Positions 35,113-44,422 of a DNA stretch of 64,000 bases are shown in pieces. Position 1 is the stretch's first letter. Each line of letters opens with the position of its first letter. Under the pieces are notes generated by a model, which saw only the letters and a program-made list of their open reading frames with translations, did no database searches and was not told the origin of the DNA. The DNA is from Diplonema japonicum. Taxonomy: Eukaryota; Protista; Euglenozoa: Diplonemea. Position numbers and translations under genes: made by a program. The DNA lies in NCBI GenBank assembly GCA_964019335.1, contig OZ025687.1, positions 372,001 through 436,000 on the forward strand, given 5' to 3'.

Positions 35113-36066
35113 ATGGAGTCCGAAAAAAAAGAAATTGAACACGAAAAACATATAAAAATATGTTTGGCGGCTATCGAGAAAACCACAAGATATGAGGCTT
35201 TGGATGCCAACAGGATGACGCTGCTGTACTTTGCAGTTTTGGGAATCGCGACCCACAAGCAGAAGGATACAGTTCTGACAACCGATTTGAAACAAAAAAT
35301 CATCGAATGGATATATATGCAACAAGAATCGCAGGAGAACGGCGGGGGCTTCAGAAGCACAAATACAATCCAAGGGAACGGAGAAGGACACATAACTATG
35401 ACTCAATGCGCACTCCTAACCCTTCTCACCTGCGGGGACGACCTCTCCAGAGTAAACACAAACGCCATCGCCACCCATCTAAAAAATCTTCAAACCAAAG
35501 AAGGCGGCTTCATCTGCGTTCCTAATGGAGAATCTGACGTGCGGTTCATGTATAGTGCCTGCGTGACAGCATCTATTCTCAAATTATTTCATGTTTTTGA
35601 CACCGTTACCGCTGTTAAATACATACAAAATTGCTTGCGGTATGATGGTGGCTTTGGAGCCAACCCTGGATGTGAAGGTCATGGTGGGACTACCTTTTGT
35701 GCGCTGGCGTCTTTAAAGCTTCTCAATGCGTTTGATTCAAAGTCGCTTTCCCGAACCAAGAAGTGGCTTGTGTCTCGACTCTCCCCCACCGGTTTCAACG
35801 GCCGGCCGAACAAAACCCCTGACACATGCTACACGTACTGGATCGGCACCTCTTTGTCCTTCTTCCCGAACGCCATTCCTCTTGACATGTCTAGGCTTGT
35901 CTCGTTTGTCTGCGACTGTCAAAAGAACCATGGTGGTATTGCGAAGACGCCCGATGCACCGTTCGACCTATTGCACACAGCACTGCCGATCGCAGGGCTG
36001 GTGAACATTAAAGCAATGGACGGAACTGAAATGAACGCGGTTCTTGGGTTGCCCGTCGCTTGCTGA
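35113..36066 (+). CDS. PGGT1B: Geranylgeranyltransferase type I beta subunit
   Basis: RMTLLYF, GHITMT, GDDLSRV, ESDVRFMYSA, EGHGGTTFCALASL, GFNGRPNKTPDTCY (Zn ligands DxC), DLLH. Confidence 0.85.
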   Translation: MESEKKEIEHEKHIKICLAAIEKTTRYEALDANRMTLLYFAVLGIATHKQKDTVLTTDLKQKIIEWIYMQQESQENGGGFRSTNTIQGNGEGHITMTQCALLTLLTCGDDLSRVNTNAIATHLKNLQTKEGGFICVPNGESDVRFMYSACVTASILKLFHVFDTVTAVKYIQNCLRYDGGFGANPGCEGHGGTTFCALASLKLLNAFDSKSLSRTKKWLVSRLSPTGFNGRPNKTPDTCYTYWIGTSLSFFPNAIPLDMSRLVSFVCDCQKNHGGIAKTPDAPFDLLHTALPIAGLVNIKAMDGTEMNAVLGLPVAC

Positions 36067-36081
36067 AGTAGTGATGGAATT

Positions 36082-36112
<31 letters not shown>

Positions 36113-36174
36113 CTCCAAAAAAAAAAAAAAGAAAAGGGGGGAAAAAAAAAAAAAAAAAGAAAAAGAAAAAAAAA

Positions 36175-36690
36175 ATGTCAGCTCGATACCAGCGCTCGAC
36201 ACCAGGCGGCGGTGTAGGGCGAAGGAGGAAGATGAAATTCGAGCTCAGTGAAGAACAGCGACAGGAGATCAGGGAGGCCTTTGAACTGTTCGACACCGAT
36301 AAGAATGGGCTGATAGACGCTCACGAAATGAAAGTAGCAATGAGAGCTCTTGGGTTCGATGTTAGAAAGGACGAGGCCGTCAGGCTGATCGAAAGCGTGT
36401 CCTCAGAGGGCGCACAACACATTTCCCTATACAATTTTATTGAGATTATGACGGAGAAGATCAGCGAGAGGGACCCACGCGATGAAATGATGCGTGCCTT
36501 CCAGCTTTTCGATGATGATTCCACAGGGAAAATCACCTTGAAGAACCTGCGCCGTGTTGCGCGTGATCTTGGAGAGAACATGACAGATGACGAGCTCCAA
36601 GCGATGATCGATGAGTTTGACAAGGACCAGGATGGTGAGATAAACGAGGACGAATTCATCAACATCATGACGAACAATGATGATTTTTAG
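36175..36690 (+). CDS. Centrin (centrin-3/Cdc31-like)
   Basis: [77 protein letters not shown]. Confidence 0.95.
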   Translation: MSARYQRSTPGGGVGRRRKMKFELSEEQRQEIREAFELFDTDKNGLIDAHEMKVAMRALGFDVRKDEAVRLIESVSSEGAQHISLYNFIEIMTEKISERDPRDEMMRAFQLFDDDSTGKITLKNLRRVARDLGENMTDDELQAMIDEFDKDQDGEINEDEFINIMTNNDDF

Positions 36691-36830
36691 ATTTGAGAGA
36701 ATAGATTTTTTTTTTCTTTTTTTTTTTAGCTATGTGGCGTTTGTGAGCGCTATTCCTTTTTTTTTTTTTTTTTAGACTTCTCTTTTTTTTTTTCCTCTTT
36801 TTTTTAAAGAATATTTTATTTTGGTAGGTT

Positions 36831-36883
36831 TTTATTATTATTATTTATTACTTTTATTTATTTATTTATTTATTTATTATTAC
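36831..36883. repeat. (TTA)/(TTTA)n microsatellite
   Basis: Direct reading of the sequence. Confidence 0.7.
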
Positions 36884-37042
36884 TCCCTTCTGCAACAATC
36901 CGTTCTCCCCTCCCCTAATATTGTTTTTTTTTTGTTTTTGTTTTCTTAAGTAAATTATGCATAAAATCCTCACATCAAATCAAAGGGAGGAAACACCGAA
37001 AGAGAAAAAAAAAAAAAGAGAAAAAAAAAAAAAACAAATGCG

Positions 37043-40000
37043 ATGAGCGGCTTTCCAGACAAGTCCGACCAACCGCTTCCAAGGGTACGGCCGGGCACAG
37101 GCCGCAGCTGGAATGGGGCTGCCGTGGCGGGCGGGGTTTTCTTAAGCCCTGTACCGCCTCCAGAGCTGGGGCAGGTAGTACCGTACAAGGGCGACGGACA
37201 AGCTACAAAAAACCCAAGAAAACACGGAACCAGCCCGAGAAAATACAGAATAGGACTACCACCCGCACTAGCAGAGCCACTATCGGGCAAACACCTATCG
37301 CATTATGAAGAAGTAGAGGACTCGCAGCAGTACAACGAGTACCAAAAACTGCGTGCAAACGTGACCTCTATTCAAGATTCAATCGATGCTGCACTTCAGC
37401 AGATCTCTGCCGACACCACACACGACCCCGCGGACCCGGAGGCCTTCTCCCACCGCATGGACGCCAACGGGCACAGCAAGATCACAAAGCTCCAGACACT
37501 TGTAAACGAAACTCTTGCGGAGCTCCGTGTTCAAAAGCGCAGGACCATCGACTTGGAAGAAGAGGTCGACGATTTAAGATTCCAGCTGCACGAGAAGGAA
37601 GCGATTGTGCATGGCATGCAAAACGAACTCGCCACACTGCGCTCCAAACGTGACAACTTCGAGGTGGACTTGGAGACCTTCAGGAAGGAGCACAGCATTG
37701 CGGTGTTCGACAAGAGCCAGCTTGCCGAAGAGGTCGCGCGGCTTCGAAAGCAGTCTGTTGCCGATAAAAAAATGTTCGAAGCAGAGCGGCTGCACCTCCA
37801 GCGGGCCTCGCAAGGCAAGCCGAAGATCGACAGCAAGCTGAAGAACCTCCCCACCAAACCACAGCCCTCCTCCTCCGTCCTGACCCTATCATCGGGGCTG
37901 AAACGTTTCAGCGAAAATGAACGAGGCCCCGAAGGAAGGCTCACTTTAGTATTCACCGATATCCAAGGGTCGACAAGCCTATGGGAGGCACTGGGGGAGA
38001 AAATGCACGGCGAGCTTGAGAAACACAACACAGTGATCAGGCAGGAGATCAGCCAATGGAAAGGCTACGAAGTCAAGACGCAAGGCGACTCCTTCATGGT
38101 GGCGTTCGCAGATGTGACCAAAGCCGCGTGCTTCTGCCTCAGCGTGCAGCTCAAGCTGATGACCGTGAAGTGGGAGCCAGCCCTGGACAGCATACCCGAC
38201 TCTGTACCCCGCAACATCGAGCTGGGGAATGGGATCCAAACCAAAGTGTGGAACGGCCTGCGCGTGAGAATGGGGATGCATGTGGGTGAGCCTATCTGCC
38301 AGATCGACATCACTTCAGGCCGCATGGACTACTTCGGTCCTATGGTGAACCAGTCGGCCAGAGTCCAAGGCGTGGCCTTGGGGGGCATGATATCCCTCAC
38401 ACCGGAGATTAGAAAGGAGATTGTTCTGAGCAAGATACCTGGACATCTGCAGCCACACTTCGAGGATATTGGAATTTTCACCTTGAAAGGCATCTCGGAG
38501 CCTGTCATGCTTCAGCAGGTTCTGCCTGTCTCGCTGAAGCCGCGTTTAGACGATTTCGTACCGTTGAAGACACGCGACAAGACGGAGGACACGTCAGGTG
38601 CGCCAACAGGGACTGTGTGCTTGGTGTTCCTGCGTATTGTTTCCGCCATCAACATCGAGCAAACGAGCGCGGAGCTGTGGGCGAACGTTTTGAAGGTGTT
38701 TCAGAACGAAGTGCGGGTGACGGCAGAGGTGGCAGGCGGGTACATCAGCCTCATCGACGCGGACAGGGTGACGCTGGCCTTCCAGTACCCGAAGGTGGGC
38801 TTCAAATGGGCAATGGACCTGCAGAGCGATCTGATGAACCTTCTGTGGGATTCGGAGCTGTGCGCCGTACCCGGGTTTGAGGACGTGCAGCACCAGGGGC
38901 GCAGCGTCCTAACAGGACCAAGAGTCCAGATAGGAATGCACGTCGACGAGTGTGACACTTCATACAACCCAGTCACGAAAACAGTCACATACGTTGGCTC
39001 AGGTGTCCCTGTTGCTGGCGCCATGTCGTTGGAAGCAAAGGGCGGTGAGACACTCATCTCGGAAGAGGTGTACATGCATGTTCATGGTTTGAAAGACATT
39101 TTTGTCCAAGGCGCGAAGGGCGTCTGCGTGGAGGGGTGTGAGGGGACATATAACTCGTACTACGCCTTCCCGAAGAACCTGCCCGAGCGTGCGAACCACC
39201 TGATGGAGTCCGACATCGTGGAGATCACACAGAAGAAGAAGATCGACGCGAAGCTCACGACCGCACCTTTCGGAAAACTGGCGCTCGTCTTCACTGACGT
39301 GCAGAACAGCACAGTGCTTTGGGAAGCAGATGAGCTTGCGATGTCGCAATCAGTGAGGCTGCATCACGAATGGATGCGGACAGGGTTGGCCAAGTTCAAC
39401 GGCTACGAGGTGAAGACAGAAGGCGACGCTTTCATGGTAGCCTTCCATGGTTCACCGGACGCCATGAGATGGTGTTTATACATGCAGGAGATGCTTCTGA
39501 ACCTAGACTACCCGAAAAGCCTGCTTAAAAACCCAGACGCCCGTCCTGAGACAAAGAGGAACACACTAATCTGGCGCGGCCTTCGTGTGAGAATGGGAAT
39601 CCACGTTGGAACTCCACGGTGCGAGACAGATCCTACCACCGGAAGGATGGACTACTACGGGCAGATGGTCAACAAAGCAGCAAGAGTATCAGGTCTGGCA
39701 CAAGGAGGGCAGATCATCATGTCTGAAGAAGCCTATTTGGAAATCCAACCGAAACTATTGGAACTTGGTGCCCCAGTCATCACAGACGGCGGAGAGGTCT
39801 CTTTGAAGGGTATCAAAAAGAAGGCGAAAGTGTTCACGGCAGTGTCGAAGTCATTGAAGGCGAGGACCTTCTTCAAAAGCAAACTTGTTGCCGACGAAGA
39901 TACAGCGATCACCAAACTTCTGGAGGAGCATGAGAAAGCTAAGATGGTGAAAACACCATCCGCGCCAATAGGGCGTGTGGCCATCGCCTTCACAGACATC

Positions 40001-42205
40001 CAGAACAGCACTGTTCTATGGGAGAAATGCTCGAAGATGGCACAGGTCGTCCAGATCCACCACAAAATGATGAGAGAAGGGATAAGAAAGTTCAACGGCT
40101 ACGAGGTGAAAACAGAAGGTGACGCCTTCATGGTAGCCTTCGGCTCGTCAAAGGATGGCGTGGGATGGTGCCTGCACATGCAACAACAGCTAATGGACGG
40201 CGATTGGTTCAGTGAACTGCTTCAAATGTCTGACGCCTGCAAGGAAGAATCCAAGGGAAAACTCATATGGAGAGGCCCCCGTGTACGCATGGGACTACAC
40301 GTAGGTCAAGAACCAGAACTCGGATGGGAGAAGGACGAATGCACCCAACGAATGGACTACTACGGGAAAATGGTGAACAAGGCAGCCAGAGTGTCCGGCC
40401 TTGGAAAAGGCGGTGAAATCGTAATCTCATCTGACTGCCACGAAGACATCTCACATGAAAAGGGCATCACCCCATACCAATCAGTGTCTCTTGGGTCAAA
40501 GACACTAAAGGGCATCGACAAACCAGTACAAGTGTACTCGCTGGTACCGAAGGGTTTCGAGGACCGCAGAAAAACCTGGGCGGAGATGGACCAGAAGAAA
40601 GCCCCGCAAACAGATGTTCAAAACGCTCAAATTTGGTACGAAAAATATCAAGCGGAGCTGGCGAGGAAAGAAGAGGAGAGAAAAATGGCTCCGTCGGGAA
40701 ATGTAACCTTAGTGTTCACAGACGTCCAAGGATCCACAAAACTCTGGGACACAGACGACAAGGTGATGGCGGAAGCCGTTCAAATCCACCACGAGATCAT
40801 GCGTAGCGTGATCGCAAAGCTCGGCGGCTACGAGGTGAAGACAGAAGGCGACGCTTTCATGGTAGCCTTCCACAACCCAACAGTCGCAGCGAAGTGGTGC
40901 ATAACGGTACAACGCGAACTGCTAACATGTGAATGGCCCGAAAACCTCCTCCACATGGATTTATGCAAACCTATATATGACGAGGAAGAAAATCTAATAT
41001 GGCGCGGGCTACGCGTTCGAATGGGTTTCCACACTGGCGAAGTTGAAACTGTTGTCGACCCCACCACCGAAAGGATAGACTACTACGGGCCTATGGTCAA
41101 TGCTTCCGCGCGTATTGGCGGGCTTGGTGTGGGCGGTGAAATTGTCACATCATTCGAATCTGCTGACTCCATCGAACTCCCTGACGCAGGCAATCCCATC
41201 ATCATGTTCTTGGAACAACGCACCTTGAAGGGCATTTCGCAGGAGTTCGAAATTTACAGAATTATACCAACCGATCTGGCATCACGCGAGCTTCCAAAAC
41301 CCGAAACCCGCGACGACATTAAACGAAAATTCTCCGACAGGCAATCCATCATATCGGAGTACTCAGTTCCCGAAGAGGAGGACGGCGAGCCCACCCCGGG
41401 AAAACCCGTTAAGTCCGCTAGAACACGCTCATTTAAAGAAGAGATCACTGCTGTTAAAAAAGACAATAACAACCTTCGGGACGATTTAACAGGCTACAAG
41501 GCGAAGCTGAAAGCTGCCGAGAAGGCTGAACAAGAACGCGCTTTCGAAGTGTATAGAATACACAGACACTTACGAATTTTCATGAATTTGATTAGAAAAT
41601 ACGGAGATTGTGCAGTGGACAGGACGAAAGGGGTTTTTTCACAAACAGACATGGTGCACGAATGGATTCGCCAGCACAGGTTGATAATGTCAGCAGAGAG
41701 CCCTGGCGAGCACGGTGTCGTCCGCAGGAGAGACGACAAAAAGCAACCGAAACCAAATGTCGAGATGAAAACACAAAAGGAACTTGCAATCGAGTCTCAA
41801 AAAGATGAAGAAACACACATTACCTTTTTGAACGGCACCTGGCAGGTAGCAACGTCGAAGCTGTCTAGAAGCATTGTTGGGCATTTGTCGAAGCACTTCT
41901 TTTACTTCCACACAAACATGGTGCAGCCGCTGCTTAAAGCACGCAGCCAAAAGGAGAAAACCGAGGAGGCCAACTTCCCATCACGCTTCCAACGAAGCAG
42001 TTTGCGATACTCGACTGGTCAACACCGTGGGAGCAAAACCGACCAACCATATGATAGCGGTGAGCAGCAGCCACAACAACAACAACCACCGCAACAACCA
42101 GCTGCACAAAATTCTCCCTTCAATTCCCGAAGACGACGCACGCGTCGTTCTAAGTCAATCGCCTCCGCTATCTCAGATAAGGAACCTGACAAGGATGATG
42201 CGTGA
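37043..42205 (+). CDS. Soluble adenylate cyclase with coiled-coil N-terminus and five tandem class III cyclase domains (domain 2 degenerate), 1720 aa, intronless
   Basis: Four copies of FTD[IV]Q.ST.LW / GYEVKT.GD.FM / G[LP]RVRMG.H.G / R[MI]DY[YF]G.MVN..AR plus one decayed copy (VFLRIV..DADRV..GPRVQIGMH). No TM helix. Confidence 0.93.
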   Translation: MSGFPDKSDQPLPRVRPGTGRSWNGAAVAGGVFLSPVPPPELGQVVPYKGDGQATKNPRKHGTSPRKYRIGLPPALAEPLSGKHLSHYEEVEDSQQYNEYQKLRANVTSIQDSIDAALQQISADTTHDPADPEAFSHRMDANGHSKITKLQTLVNETLAELRVQKRRTIDLEEEVDDLRFQLHEKEAIVHGMQNELATLRSKRDNFEVDLETFRKEHSIAVFDKSQLAEEVARLRKQSVADKKMFEAERLHLQRASQGKPKIDSKLKNLPTKPQPSSSVLTLSSGLKRFSENERGPEGRLTLVFTDIQGSTSLWEALGEKMHGELEKHNTVIRQEISQWKGYEVKTQGDSFMVAFADVTKAACFCLSVQLKLMTVKWEPALDSIPDSVPRNIELGNGIQTKVWNGLRVRMGMHVGEPICQIDITSGRMDYFGPMVNQSARVQGVALGGMISLTPEIRKEIVLSKIPGHLQPHFEDIGIFTLKGISEPVMLQQVLPVSLKPRLDDFVPLKTRDKTEDTSGAPTGTVCLVFLRIVSAINIEQTSAELWANVLKVFQNEVRVTAEVAGGYISLIDADRVTLAFQYPKVGFKWAMDLQSDLMNLLWDSELCAVPGFEDVQHQGRSVLTGPRVQIGMHVDECDTSYNPVTKTVTYVGSGVPVAGAMSLEAKGGETLISEEVYMHVHGLKDIFVQGAKGVCVEGCEGTYNSYYAFPKNLPERANHLMESDIVEITQKKKIDAKLTTAPFGKLALVFTDVQNSTVLWEADELAMSQSVRLHHEWMRTGLAKFNGYEVKTEGDAFMVAFHGSPDAMRWCLYMQEMLLNLDYPKSLLKNPDARPETKRNTLIWRGLRVRMGIHVGTPRCETDPTTGRMDYYGQMVNKAARVSGLAQGGQIIMSEEAYLEIQPKLLELGAPVITDGGEVSLKGIKKKAKVFTAVSKSLKARTFFKSKLVADEDTAITKLLEEHEKAKMVKTPSAPIGRVAIAFTDIQNSTVLWEKCSKMAQVVQIHHKMMREGIRKFNGYEVKTEGDAFMVAFGSSKDGVGWCLHMQQQLMDGDWFSELLQMSDACKEESKGKLIWRGPRVRMGLHVGQEPELGWEKDECTQRMDYYGKMVNKAARVSGLGKGGEIVISSDCHEDISHEKGITPYQSVSLGSKTLKGIDKPVQVYSLVPKGFEDRRKTWAEMDQKKAPQTDVQNAQIWYEKYQAELARKEEERKMAPSGNVTLVFTDVQGSTKLWDTDDKVMAEAVQIHHEIMRSVIAKLGGYEVKTEGDAFMVAFHNPTVAAKWCITVQRELLTCEWPENLLHMDLCKPIYDEEENLIWRGLRVRMGFHTGEVETVVDPTTERIDYYGPMVNASARIGGLGVGGEIVTSFESADSIELPDAGNPIIMFLEQRTLKGISQEFEIYRIIPTDLASRELPKPETRDDIKRKFSDRQSIISEYSVPEEEDGEPTPGKPVKSARTRSFKEEITAVKKDNNNLRDDLTGYKAKLKAAEKAEQERAFEVYRIHRHLRIFMNLIRKYGDCAVDRTKGVFSQTDMVHEWIRQHRLIMSAESPGEHGVVRRRDDKKQPKPNVEMKTQKELAIESQKDEETHITFLNGTWQVATSKLSRSIVGHLSKHFFYFHTNMVQPLLKARSQKEKTEEANFPSRFQRSSLRYSTGQHRGSKTDQPYDSGEQQPQQQQPPQQPAAQNSPFNSRRRRTRRSKSIASAISDKEPDKDDA

Positions 42206-42734
42206 ACACGTGAGATATTATTATTTTTTTTTTTTTTTTTGAAAAAAAAAAAGGTGGGAAGGAGGGGTTTTTTTTTTTTTTGTATGAACACTTTTTTTTT
42301 TTTTTTTTTTTTTCCCCGTCTTCCCTTGGGTTATAAACTCCTATGGGTTTCTAACCGGCTCCTGTTCTCCCCCTAGTTTTATGATATGCCTTACATTTAA
42401 GTTAAATCTTTTTTTTTTTTTATCTTTTGATGGTAATATGCACTTTTCTTTTTTAAACGGTGTTTTTTCTTTTTGCTCTGGAAAAAAAAAACACTGCAAA
42501 ATTGAAACAAACGAGGCGGGGGGGGGGGGATAAAGGAAGGGAGAGAGGGATGAAGCAGGAATTAACCCGTGCACATTATTTCCCCTTCCTTGCTTTTTCT
42601 TTTCTTCTTTTTTTTCGTTACCTTCTCCTTTGGTGGGTAGTTGCTGGTACTTCTCCCTACCACAGGGTGTTTCTTTTTCTTCTCTTTTTTTTTTTCTCTT
42701 CTCGTTTTTTCTTCTTCTTTTTTTTAGGCGATCC

Positions 42735-42771
42735 TGTCACATACTGCAGGTTCCCTTCAAAGACATCTTTT
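42735..42771 (+). repeat. Dispersed 37-bp exact repeat (copy 1; copy 2 at 62123-62159)
   Basis: TGTCACATACTGCAGGTTCCCTTCAAAGACATCTTTT occurs at both positions. Confidence 0.85.
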
Positions 42772-42975
42772 TTTCCCCCTTCCCACAAGATGTACAGCGA
42801 AAAGCTATATGCTTAGCTGATGAAACCAACGCGTGGAAATGAAACAGGAAAAAGAAAAATACCGACAATAATCGGCAAAAAAACGGAAGGGAGGGAAGAA
42901 TGAAAGAAGAAAAAAAGGTAAATTCCCCCCTTTTTTTCGCTTCCCCCCCCCCCCCCCCCCCCCCCACGAGCGGTA

Positions 42976-43011
42976 GCATGCAATACTTATCTCAGGATTT
43001 GTACCATGTGC
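42976..43011 (+). repeat. Dispersed 36-bp repeat (copy 1; copy 2 at 48395-48430, 34/36 identical)
   Basis: GCATGCARTACTTATCTCAGGATTTGTACCRTGTGC. Confidence 0.85.
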
Positions 43012-43256
43012 TTAAACAAATGCTAAAAACCGACTTCTTTTTTTTTTCCATCTCTTTCCATGCCCCCCCCCCCCCCCCCCCCCCCTCTATGTGCCGTGGT
43101 ATTTCAGTTCTTCTTTTTTTTCTTCTGCTTTTTTTTTTTCTGTTTCTCTGTCCCACGTTACAACAACAACGGGAAAAAAAAAAGAAATTCTTATTTTTTT
43201 TCTTGTTCCCCTCATTTTTTATTTACTTCATCCCCCCCCCCCCCCCCCCCCCCCCC

Positions 43257-43891
43257 TAGGGCTACGTTGTCGGCGTACGCGTACACAGCAAAATCTGAAA
43301 AAGTGCGTACGTCATACGGCTGTGCGTACGGCTCCTTACACTTACAGGTACAGGCTACGGGTCAAAGGGCTTACGTTGGACAAGAGGGGCAAATGGGAGT
43401 GGGGTACAAAAATGGATGGAAGAGAGGGTGGGCGGCAGGCTTCATGCAAACACTTTTACACCCGATTCGTCTCTATCTAGAGACGTTCTCTTCGTCATCA
43501 GGATCGGGCGCCCTGCAGGTCTTCCAACGCCAGTTCCGTCACACGCCAGTAGTCTCTCACAAACTGCGTGCAGGTGAAACTATGTTTGCTGAAGTAGAGT
43601 TTGACCTGAATTATATCTCTGACAAGAGAATCAGCTTTGTCAAATCTCAATGGCCGATCTTTGGGCTTCTACCTTGAAAGGTGCCCCTTACCCGAGCTCC
43701 GTACACCGCAGGCCTGACCCAAAAGCCTAATGCTGTCAAGTACCAACAGGTCGCAAGAGAGGCCCTTGAGTACCCACCACATGCCCAGTGACTATGGCCT
43801 TAGGCTTTTCCAAAATGAATGCCGTACGCAGCAAAAATAAAAAAGTTCGAAATACGCGTACGTACGGCCGTACGCCGACAACGTAGCCCTA
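43257..43891. mobile_element. Non-autonomous TIR element (hAT-like or TA-targeting MITE) with CGTACG subterminal repeats
   Basis: Perfect TIR TAGGGCTACGTTGTCGGCGTACG (43257-43279) / CGTACGCCGACAACGTAGCCCTA (43869-43891). Clustered GCGTACG motifs at both ends; the interior lacks homopolymers. Confidence 0.88.
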
Positions 43892-43892
43892 G

Positions 43893-44271
43893 GGGGGGTC
43901 ACATGGGGGTGGTAAAGTGGGTTTTTTCAAATTCGGAAATGCAGAACACTGGAGCCGCTTAAACCATGTAAAACACCCCTTTCTCGACCAAAAAATCGAT
44001 TTCCGCCCGGTACTTTTCACTTTTGGGCACCTACAAGGCATTATTTTGCATTTTTAAAACTGGTGACCACGGTTTGGTACCTGTGGTCACTGTTTTCAAA
44101 AATACAGATAAAAACAATAACAAGTGCTCAGAAATGCTCTAATCCGGCGAATTTTGATTTTTTGGTTAATTTAGAGGGTATTGGGCGGTTTTTTTTACCT
44201 TAGGGGAAGGTTTTTAAAAAAAGATTTTTTTTTCACGTTTAACCACGTTTTTTAGGACCATGTGACCCCCC
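43893..44271. mobile_element. Foldback-type MITE (whole element is an imperfect palindrome)
   Basis: TIR GGGGGGTCACATGG / CCATGTGACCCCCC. Inner arms ACCAAAAAATC..TTTTTAAAACTGGTGACCAC and GTGGTCACTGTTTTCAAAAA..GATTTTTTGGT are centred at ~44075. Confidence 0.82.
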
Positions 44272-44422
44272 TACCCCCCCCCCCCCCCCTGTCAGTATTC
44301 GTATCCAAAAAAAAAAATGGTTCATTGATTCTTATTAATCTATCCGTTCTCTTTTTTTCTTGTCCCCCTCAAAAAAAATTCTCTTCCAGCTACACATAAA
44401 AAAAATAATAATAATAAAAGCC

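Noticed and set aside
43060-43677. 205-aa ORF overlapping the TIR element
   Set aside because: It starts in homopolymer DNA and crosses the TIR; at most a decayed transposase fragment.
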